From an uncultured Acidobacteriota bacterium (GTDB taxonomy: Bacteria; Acidobacteriota; JAQAZP01), in contig CAWIIB010000001.1 of assembly GCA_963836075.1 (NCBI GenBank), forward strand, positions 128,001 to 192,000: a stretch of DNA of 64,000 nucleotides. The letters are read 5' to 3'. The notes below the pieces were generated by a model that was given only the letters and a program-made list of their open reading frames with translations, did not search any database and was not told the DNA's origin. Below, piece by piece: positions 1-8,170 of this stretch (its first letter is position 1; each line of letters starts with the position of its first letter). Both the position numbers and the translations under genes were made by a program.

Positions 1-2266
1 CTGACCAAGGTCGGCCTGGATACCGGCGCCGCGGCCCGGCTGGAGAATGTCACCTTCAAGCGCGACTGCCTCGAAGTGACGTTCAAGAGCGGGACCCTCT
101 ATTTATCCGAAGAGGTGGAGGGCCAGAGTCACCGGTGCTGTTTTTATCGGCTCCGGGCGGATGAAAGTCGCCCTGCCCGATGACATCGAACGGGAGCAAT
201 TAAAGAAATACACTGAAAAGACAGACCTGGACGAGCCGTTCACCAACGCATTTTTCCGTTTTGACGACGACACCGCCGGCCAGTTCGCCATGGAGCAGGG
301 CGCCGGCGGAAGCAGTGCGTCCGAAGCCCGAAACCTGTTCAACAACCGGGGCGAGGCGCTGCGCAACCTGAAGAACAACGTGGAGTTCGACATCCTGACC
401 CACCGGATTTCGGGGATGGCCCACGGCGGCACCTTTTACGGGGAGTTCGACACCGGGGAGCACGGCTGGGTTTCCTTTTCCCTGGCCCCCGATGCCGAGG
501 AGGAGGTCTTTGTCTTTCAACACACCAAGGCCGGTGCCTCCGGCTCCACCCGCAAGACCGAGCTGTGGTGCCAGTTCGACCAGCTGGCCGACCTGGGCCA
601 GCCGGAAAGCGTCCGCTGGAAGCAGAACAAGGACGACATCGACGTGGCCCGGTGCACCATGGACCTTACCGTGCGGCCCAATTCGCTGGTGCTGGACAAC
701 AAGGTGAACCTGGAGCTGGTCTCCCGCCGCGACGGGCTGGGCAGCATCCGCTTCGCCTTTCTCCACGAGGGCGTCTTCGGACACCCGGGCGAAGTGGAGG
801 TCCTCTCACTCACCGACAGCGCGGGCCGGGAACTGGAATATGTCCACCGCAACCACGAGATCATGATCCGCCTGGCCCAGACCCTCAATGACGGCGACCG
901 CGAGACCGTCAACTTCGTCTACGAGGGGGACATCATCGCCCCGATCTTCATCCTCGGCGATATGGCCGGTACCCCCGGAGGCCGGATGCCGGCGGAATTC
1001 GATTTCCTGCCCACCCACCCGGTTTCCTTCCAGCTGCTCAACACCTACCCCTGGTACCCCCAGTACGGTTACCTGAGACGTTCCCACATCGACTGGACGG
1101 TCAGGGTGCCCAAACCGAACCTGGCGGTGGTGTCGGGGGACACGGTGCGCCGCTGGGAGGAAGAGGATTACAACTGCATCCAGACCACTTTCGACGCCCC
1201 GGTGATGCTGCCCAGCATCATCTTCGGCGAGTTCTACATGGTGACCAACGCCGACACCCGCGAGGAGGGGTCGCCGATCGTCAACGTTTACAGCCTGGCC
1301 AAGCAGAAGACGGAGCGGGACAAGATCCTCGACGAGTCGGTGCAGATCGTCAAGTATCTGGAGAGTCTCTACGGCCCCTACCCCTACGAGGAGCTTGACA
1401 TTGCCCAGATGAGTTTCTTCATGGGCTTCGGCCAGGCCCCTCCCGGCCTGGTGCAGCTCACCGGCGAGGCCTTTCTCACCGACGGACAGGTATCCACCAT
1501 ATCCAACTTCGGCAGCACCATTGGCCGCAGCCAGTTCCTGGCCCACGAGATCGGCCACCAGTGGTGGGCCCACGTGGTGGGCTGGCGCACGTATCACGAC
1601 CAGTGGCTCAGCGAGGCCTTCACCGAATATTCCTCGGCGATGTATATGAACGTTCTGGAGGGCCCCAGCGGCTTCCAGGAGGACATGGACGGCTGGTGGG
1701 ATAACGCCATGCAGCTCAAGGAGGCCGGACCGATCTCTCTCGGCGGCCGCCTGGGCGGTCGCGATTTCGTCTATTCCCTCTACGACAAGGGGCCCTACGT
1801 GGTGCACATGCTGCGCATGGCCCTGGTGGCGCAGTTCGGGCCGGACAAGGGCACCACCATGTTCGTCACCGCACTGAAAAACTTCCTCGACGAATACCGG
1901 CACCAGAATCCCACCACCACCGACCTGCAGCGGGTGGTGAGCCGCACGGTGGGGATGGACATGGACTGGTTCTTCGACCAGTGGTTCCGTGGTTCGGGAA
2001 TCCCCCGGATGTATTTCTCCTACGATGTGCGGGCCACCGAGGACGGGAAATGGCTGCTGGAGGGCCGGATCCGCCAGGAGGACCCGGAGAAGGCGGTCAA
2101 GGCCATCATGCCGATTTACTACGAGTTCGGCCGCAAGCAGTTCAGCGACCAGGTCCTTTTCGTGAACAAGCCTGATTTTACCTTCCGGGCCAAGCTGCCG
2201 GCCAAACCGAAAAAAGTGGTGCTCAACAAGTCCGAAGACCTGCTGGCCGAGATCATCAGGGAGTGA
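1..2266 (+). CDS. M1-family (gluzincin) aminopeptidase with long N-terminal region; 5'-truncated by the window edge, apparent +1 frameshift at ~124
   Basis: Zinc motif LAHEIGHQWW...WLSEAFTEY (HExxH-x18-E), GQA exopeptidase-motif variant, YDKG and MDWFFDQW. Frame 1 from base 1 (LTKVGLD...SEEVEG) joins frame 2 (RVTGAVFIGSGRMKVALP) if one base at ~124 is removed. The ORF track starts at 161. Confidence 0.85.
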
Positions 2267-2284
2267 TCCCTGCCGGTGGAGTGA

Positions 2285-2320
2285 GCGGCCCCGGTTTCCC
2301 CGCGAACCCGGGGCCGTTTT
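2285..2320 (+). terminator. Intrinsic terminator after the M1 peptidase
   Basis: Stem CGGCCCCGG/CCGGGGCCG followed by TTTT. Confidence 0.7.
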
Positions 2321-2358
2321 GCGTACCCGCCCATGCCTGTTCACCACCGAATCAGGGG

Positions 2359-2387
2359 TTGACAACCAGCGTATATTGAGCTTTAAT
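2359..2387 (+). promoter_or_regulatory. Sigma70-type promoter for the TonB-dependent receptor
   Basis: TTGACA-N17-TTTAAT in an AT-rich intergenic region. Confidence 0.7.
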
Positions 2388-2683
2388 ACGTGCAGGATAT
2401 GATAATAATCATAAGAAGTAGCGCACTTTACGGACGAATGTGGTTTTTGAAACCTTGACCCACAAAACAAGGAGGATTAAACGAAGCCATTCAACCATTC
2501 CCGCCACAATCAGAACACGCCAATGATCAGAAGGTTTTGGTGAAGCGAAGATAATAACAATAATGAAAGTTGGGGAGCGCGTGAAAATGAGGCATCCGGA
2601 ACCGTACCGCTCGGGCGGCCGGGCTGTTCTCACTTCACCAAAAAGTTCACTCAGTCATCCCTAAATGTGGAGGTCAGTTGGAT

Positions 2684-5350
2684 ATGTTAAGCAAGCTGAA
2701 CAAAATTGTACTGGGGGTCGCGCTCATCGCGCTGATCGCCGGCCCCGTCTTTGCCAGCACCCAGGAGGGCAGCATGTCCGGCGACGTGCTGGACAAGGGC
2801 GGCAACCCGCTTCCCGGCGTGACCGTCACCATCAAGGGCCCTGCGATGCAGGGTGAGAAGATGGCCGTCACCGACGCCGAGGGAAAATGGCGCATTCCGC
2901 TGGTCCCCGTGGGAGCGATGTATGAAGTCACCGCGTTCCTCGACGGCTTCCAGCGGGTGATCCAGACCGAAATCACGGTCAACATCGCCGCCAACAGCCG
3001 GGTGGATTTCACCATGGTGGAAGGTACCGGCGACCTGGGCGAGATCACCGTCACCGCCGAGGCCCCGCTGATCGACTCCAAGAAGACCTCGATCAGTGAG
3101 ACCATCACCTACGAGTTCATGGAAGACATCCCCACCGGCCGCAGCTATTTCGACGCCATGTCCATGGCCGCCGGCGTGGCCGGGTTCGGCAACGTGTTCA
3201 CCCACGGCGCCGACAACACCGACAACGTCTTCCTGGTGGACGGCGTGGACACCACCGACAGCGCCACCGGCACCTTCGGCATGAACTTCAGCTACGAGGC
3301 GATCCAGGAAGTGGAGATGAAGACCGGCGCGTTCGAGGCCGAGTACGGCCGGGCCACCGGCGCCATCTCCAACGTGGTGACCAAGTCGGGCGGTAACGAG
3401 TTCCACGGCGCCGTCCCCGTCTACTACACCAACCTCGACATGAAACGGCACCAGTCAGCCGACCGCGGCGCCGTGGACGAGGAAGAGTTCTACGAAGTCG
3501 AGCCGGGCGTCTCCATCGGCGGCCCGATCCTGCGCGACAAACTCTGGTTCTTCGCTTCCTACAACAACTTCACCCGCCGCATCAAGGGGATCAACGCCTT
3601 TGACGAGGCGATCAGCCGCAGTGAGATCTTCGAGGAGTGGATGGGCAAGGTCACCTGGCAGATCAACCCCGACAACAAGGTCGTGGGCCAGTACGCTTCC
3701 GACCCGGCCACCATCGAGAGCCGCGACTCGCTGAGCACCACCACCATGGCCAGCGCTTACGGCCAGCAGGAGCAGGGCGGCGACCTCTACAAACTGCAGT
3801 GGACCAGCATCTTCACCCCGAACCTCTTTCTCGAGTTGAAGGCGGCGCACCACGAAGTGAACCTGACCATCGGTCCGTCCAACGCCGGCTTCGGCGACGA
3901 CCGGATCATCGACCAGCAGAACGGCGGGGACACCATTATCTCCGGCAACGTCGGCTCCATCACCGACATCCACCGCCCGCGGGACCAGTACAACGGTGTG
4001 CTGAACTACTACCTCGGCGACTTTCACGGTGAACACAACTTCAAGTTCGGCCTCGAGTACCAGGATTTCAGCTACGACGAGGACGCGATCTACCCCAACG
4101 CCTTCACCATCAACCGTCCGGATACCGCCGCCGGTGAGGCCCGGCCCGACCAGTGGCTGCAGCAGACCCCTCTGCTGGCCACCAACGACGGCAGTATCCT
4201 CACCGCCTTTGTCCAGGACTCCTGGACCTACCGCGACAACTGGGCCATCAACCTCGGCCTGCGCTGGGAGAGCCAGAAGCAGAGCAACGATGTGGGCGAG
4301 CGGGTTTACAACCTGAACAACCTCTGGGCTCCCCGTGTCGGCGCCTCCTGGGACATCAACGGTGACGGCCGCAGCAAGGCCTACGCCAACTACGGACGCT
4401 ACTATGACGCCGTGGGGCTCTACCTCGGTCAGGCCCTGAACCGGCAGACCAACTCCACCTTCCGCTGGGAAGGCACCTACGACCCCGCCGATCCCACCAA
4501 CCCTGACAACTGGACCCTGGTCAACCAGACCGACGGGGACAACAACACCACCACCATCGATCCCAACCTCTCGGCCAACTTCAAGGATGAGATCGTGGTC
4601 GGCTACGAGTTCGAGTTCGCCACCGATTTCTCCGCCGGCGCCAAGTTCATCTGGAACTGGCAGAGGAACCTGATCGAGGACGTCATCAGCAACGAGGCCC
4701 AGATCCGGGACGGCTCGGAAGACACCTACGTCTACTACATCACCAATGTGGATCAGGCCCGCCGCAACTACAAGGGCCTCGAGTTCCAGTTGAAGAAGCG
4801 CCTCTCCAACAACTACCAGTTCCTGCTGGTCTACACCCTCTCCGAGGCCAAGGGCTCGCTGGCCAACTCCGGCCAGTCCGAGGGTCTGAACGTCTACGCC
4901 GACTTCGCCGAGGTGCTCTACAACCGTTACGGCTACCTCCCCTGGGACGACCGTCACTACCTCAAGCTGAACGGTTCCTACCACCTGCCCTGGGGCATCA
5001 TTGCCGGGACCAGCATGGGCTGGCGCAGCGGCCGGCCCTACAACCGGATCTCCGCCAACCTGCCGGAGAGCGCGACCAATTTCTCGGGATACACCAGCCA
5101 GTACTATCTCGACCCCCGCGGCAGCCACCGCCTGGGTCACGTCTGGTGGATGGACCTTCGGGCCACCAAGGACTTCAACATCGGCGACACCGAGCTGAGC
5201 GTCATCGTTGACGCCTTCAACGTCTGGAACAACCAGTACGTGCTCGCCCGCCAGTCCACCGACTCCCAGAACGAGAACTCCACCTGGAGCAACGCCACTG
5301 CCTGGATGGGCGCCGGCACGTTCACCGTCGGTCTGAAGTTCTCCTTCTAG
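2684..5350 (+). CDS. TonB-dependent outer-membrane receptor, Oar-like, with N-terminal carboxypeptidase-regulatory-like domain
   Basis: Signal peptide; GxVxDxxGxPLPGVTVT domain; plug motifs (DNVFLVDGVD, AIQEVEMKTGAFEAEYGRATGAISNVVTKSGGNEFHG); GGPILRDKLWFF; C-terminal Phe (LKFSF); GGAGG at 2669. An alternative TTG start lies at 2678. Confidence 0.93.
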   Translation: MLSKLNKIVLGVALIALIAGPVFASTQEGSMSGDVLDKGGNPLPGVTVTIKGPAMQGEKMAVTDAEGKWRIPLVPVGAMYEVTAFLDGFQRVIQTEITVNIAANSRVDFTMVEGTGDLGEITVTAEAPLIDSKKTSISETITYEFMEDIPTGRSYFDAMSMAAGVAGFGNVFTHGADNTDNVFLVDGVDTTDSATGTFGMNFSYEAIQEVEMKTGAFEAEYGRATGAISNVVTKSGGNEFHGAVPVYYTNLDMKRHQSADRGAVDEEEFYEVEPGVSIGGPILRDKLWFFASYNNFTRRIKGINAFDEAISRSEIFEEWMGKVTWQINPDNKVVGQYASDPATIESRDSLSTTTMASAYGQQEQGGDLYKLQWTSIFTPNLFLELKAAHHEVNLTIGPSNAGFGDDRIIDQQNGGDTIISGNVGSITDIHRPRDQYNGVLNYYLGDFHGEHNFKFGLEYQDFSYDEDAIYPNAFTINRPDTAAGEARPDQWLQQTPLLATNDGSILTAFVQDSWTYRDNWAINLGLRWESQKQSNDVGERVYNLNNLWAPRVGASWDINGDGRSKAYANYGRYYDAVGLYLGQALNRQTNSTFRWEGTYDPADPTNPDNWTLVNQTDGDNNTTTIDPNLSANFKDEIVVGYEFEFATDFSAGAKFIWNWQRNLIEDVISNEAQIRDGSEDTYVYYITNVDQARRNYKGLEFQLKKRLSNNYQFLLVYTLSEAKGSLANSGQSEGLNVYADFAEVLYNRYGYLPWDDRHYLKLNGSYHLPWGIIAGTSMGWRSGRPYNRISANLPESATNFSGYTSQYYLDPRGSHRLGHVWWMDLRATKDFNIGDTELSVIVDAFNVWNNQYVLARQSTDSQNENSTWSNATAWMGAGTFTVGLKFSF

Positions 5351-5364
5351 CAACCGTTTACCAG

Positions 5365-5449
5365 TCGGGCCCGCCTTTGGCGGGCCCGATTTCCACAGCA
5401 CCACGGGGAGGCCGCGGTTCAACAGACCGCGGTTTCCCCGAATTTTTTT
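5365..5449 (+). terminator. Two tandem hairpins/terminators after the TBDR
   Basis: TCGGGCCCGCC-TTT-GGCGGGCCCGA-TTT (5365-5392), then CGGGGAGGCCGCGGT...ACCGCGGTTTCCCCG-AA-T7 (5404-5449). Confidence 0.8.
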
Positions 5450-5580
5450 GTGCGAACCGGCGGTCTCCCTTTTGATCTCGCCTGATTTATATTACACTTG
5501 TACCATGTGGACGGCTCGCGCGGGCAGTTGCCCGTATGTGGGGTGAAAGACGTGATTCTACCGAGTTGAGGGACCTGACC

Positions 5581-6552
5581 ATGAGACCGAAAAGCAATAC
5601 CGTACCGTCGCAGGCAGTTCGTGGAAGTCTTGCAATTCTATTACTTGTAATTGTCTTCTCCGGGAGCCAGCCCCTGCTGGCCGGTGACGTCACCGGAAAA
5701 GTCAGGGGTACCATCACCGACGGGAAGGGCAACCCCCTGGAAGGGGTGACGGTGATCATCAAGGATACCACCACCGAATCTAGGGTCTACACGGTGGTGA
5801 CCAAGAAAACAGGGAAATATTACTATTTGGGTCTGGAACCGGCCGTCCACTCCATCGAGGCCTCCATGGAGGGCTACCGCCCCTCGACCAAGCAGGTCCG
5901 CACCCGCCTGGGCATGTGGGTCGAGGCGAACATGACCCTGTTCAAGGAGGGCGAGGGCGGCTTTGGCGGCACCGGGCCGAAGAGCGACGAGGAAAAAGCC
6001 ATCGAGGAGTTCAACGGGGCGCTGCTGCTGATCGAAGAGGGAAAACTCGATGAAGCCCTGGCCGCCCTGGACAAGGCCATCGAACTGGACGATGTGATCT
6101 ACGAGCCGCTGCAGACCAAGGGCCAGGTCTACTTCGAGAAAGAGGAATACGACAAGGCGCTGGAGCAGTTCGATGCGGCCATGGAGATGGGCTCCACCGA
6201 CCCCAGCAACTATTTCTTCCTCTCCGAGATCTACAAGGCCAAGGGCAACGACAAGAAGGCCGGGGAATACACCCAGCTCTACCTCGACGAGGCGGACAAT
6301 GTCAACGTCGACGTGCTGTTCAACATGGCGGCCAAGGCGCTGAACGACAGCGACGACGCCACGGCCAAGGACTACCTGCTGCAGATCGTCGCGGCGGAGC
6401 CGGAGTACGCCGACGCTCATCGCGAGCTGGGCTACGTCTTTATCCGCGAGGGCGATTTCCCCAAGGCCAAGGAGCACTTCCAGACCTACCTCGACCTGTC
6501 CCCCGAAGCGGATGACGCCGGGGAGATCAGCTCGATGATGGAGATTCTCTGA
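5581..6552 (+). CDS. Exported carboxypeptidase-regulatory-like domain + TPR protein
   Basis: Signal peptide; GKVRGTITDGKGNPLEGVTV domain; several TPR repeats (ALAALDKAIELD, AHRELGYVFIREGDFPKAKEHFQTYLDLSP). Confidence 0.85.
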   Translation: MRPKSNTVPSQAVRGSLAILLLVIVFSGSQPLLAGDVTGKVRGTITDGKGNPLEGVTVIIKDTTTESRVYTVVTKKTGKYYYLGLEPAVHSIEASMEGYRPSTKQVRTRLGMWVEANMTLFKEGEGGFGGTGPKSDEEKAIEEFNGALLLIEEGKLDEALAALDKAIELDDVIYEPLQTKGQVYFEKEEYDKALEQFDAAMEMGSTDPSNYFFLSEIYKAKGNDKKAGEYTQLYLDEADNVNVDVLFNMAAKALNDSDDATAKDYLLQIVAAEPEYADAHRELGYVFIREGDFPKAKEHFQTYLDLSPEADDAGEISSMMEIL

Positions 6553-6627
6553 CCGTTTTCCGTTCGAGTTGTGCCGCGGCCTTTACGGCCGGCGGTCGCC
6601 CGGAATACATCAACAGGAGTGATAGTG

Positions 6628-8106
6628 ATGAGAAAGTACTGCGTGGTGGTCCTTCTGCTGTTCCTGGCCGGTGTCCTGGCCGGCTCCCCGGCACAGGCCA
6701 AGCTGAGCAAGGAGGCCAAGGAGTGGATGAACGGACCGGTTCGCTACCTGATGTCCCAGGACGAGCGGAAGGTATTCAAGGACCTCGATGGCGAGGAGGC
6801 GGTGGAGCAGTTCAAGAAGGACTTTTGGGCCAAACGCGACCCGATCCCCGAGACGGGGACCAACGAGTTCAAGATCCGCTTCGAAGAGCGGGTAGCCTTT
6901 GCCGACCAGAATTTCAAATCCTGGCGCAGCGACCGGGGCATGGTCTTCATCCTGCTGGGCCCGCCCCAGGATCGCTCCGACAGCCCCCTGGGCGCCGACA
7001 TCAGCGTGGCCGGTTCAGAAATCTGGACCTACGCCGCGATCAAGGAACAGCGGACCCGCACCAACTACTCGATCTTCTTCTATGACCAGGACGGCAACGG
7101 TGATTACGACATGTGGGTCGGACAGGATCTGGGCGGCAATCCTCCGGACGGGATTGAGAGATGCGACATCGTTTTCACCGACCCGAAGATCATCGGTCTC
7201 GAACCCCTGCCCGAAGAATTCAGGGCGGTGGTGGACGCGCCCACGGCGACCGTCGCCGCGCCACCGGCACAACCCACGGTCTCTTCCGCTTCGGCGGCCT
7301 TTGTCGACCGGGTGATCGCCGGTGAGGAGCCGCTGAGCGACCTCAACGTCGCCCACAGCGCTTACTGTTTCAAGGACGACAAGGGCACCACGCTGGTGGT
7401 GATCAATGTCGGCGTGTTCACCGCGGATCAGATCGAGGACCCGGGGTTTGTTCCCTTTGCCCGGCTGGTCAGCGCCACGGGGGAGAGCTACAGTTTCGAG
7501 AGCGAAGCCTCCTTCTCCCCCTGGAAGGATAACGACAAGATCGCGGACGACTTCCTGGTCTACCAGGCCCAGGGGTCGGTCCCGGCCGGGCAGTACCAGC
7601 TGTATGGCGGCGTCTACCACAAGGGTGACAACAAGGCCGGGACGTTCAGCGAGGAACTGAAGGCTCCGGAATTCCATGCCGGGGCGTTCTCCCTTTCCAG
7701 CATCGTGGTGGCCAATGAAATGAAAGGCGACCCCACCCGCTCCGGGGAGGGAAAAATTTCGGCCAAGCCGTTCACCCTCGGCGGCACCACCATCCTGCCC
7801 AACGTGGACCACGTCTACACCAAGAAGCAGGAACTGGCGGTTTTCTTCCAGGCTTACGACGGCCAGAAGAACCTGGAGACCGACCAGTACATCTTCCGGC
7901 TGCAATACAGGTTTTTCTACGAGAAGGACGGCCGCTTCGTGCCGTACGGCAAACCGAAAATGGTGGAGTCGGACAGCCCCGGGCAGGGCTATTTCGTGCC
8001 GCTGGCCACCCTGCGCAGCGGGAAGTACAAACTGATCGTTTCGGCCACCGACATGATGACCGAGCAGACCGCCAAGTCCACCACTTACTTCGAACTGGTC
8101 GATTGA
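6628..8106 (+). CDS. GWxTD-domain protein (exported)
   Basis: Signal peptide; WMNGPVRYLM...FWAKRDPxPxTxxNEF...ERVAFADQNF-SWRSDRGMVFILLGPP...EIWTY, the GWxTD signature with an SWRSD variant; C-terminal beta-sandwich region. Confidence 0.88.
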   Translation: MRKYCVVVLLLFLAGVLAGSPAQAKLSKEAKEWMNGPVRYLMSQDERKVFKDLDGEEAVEQFKKDFWAKRDPIPETGTNEFKIRFEERVAFADQNFKSWRSDRGMVFILLGPPQDRSDSPLGADISVAGSEIWTYAAIKEQRTRTNYSIFFYDQDGNGDYDMWVGQDLGGNPPDGIERCDIVFTDPKIIGLEPLPEEFRAVVDAPTATVAAPPAQPTVSSASAAFVDRVIAGEEPLSDLNVAHSAYCFKDDKGTTLVVINVGVFTADQIEDPGFVPFARLVSATGESYSFESEASFSPWKDNDKIADDFLVYQAQGSVPAGQYQLYGGVYHKGDNKAGTFSEELKAPEFHAGAFSLSSIVVANEMKGDPTRSGEGKISAKPFTLGGTTILPNVDHVYTKKQELAVFFQAYDGQKNLETDQYIFRLQYRFFYEKDGRFVPYGKPKMVESDSPGQGYFVPLATLRSGKYKLIVSATDMMTEQTAKSTTYFELVD

Positions 8107-8170
8107 TCCCGCTTACCGCGACGACATTCCCGCGGGCGCTGCCGGCGCCCGCGGGGCAGAGGGGCAGAGC

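Noticed and set aside
2520-2660. Cobalamin or TPP riboswitch upstream of the TBDR
   Set aside because: The conserved B12-box and TPP core motifs were not found; kept only as an unclassified structured leader.
3455-5422. Long antisense ORFs (655 aa here; also 806-2470, 8546-10180, 19731-21230, 31041-32327, 39436-40704 and 43769-45055)
   Set aside because: They are shadows of high-GC coding genes on the opposite strand, with no recognisable motifs.
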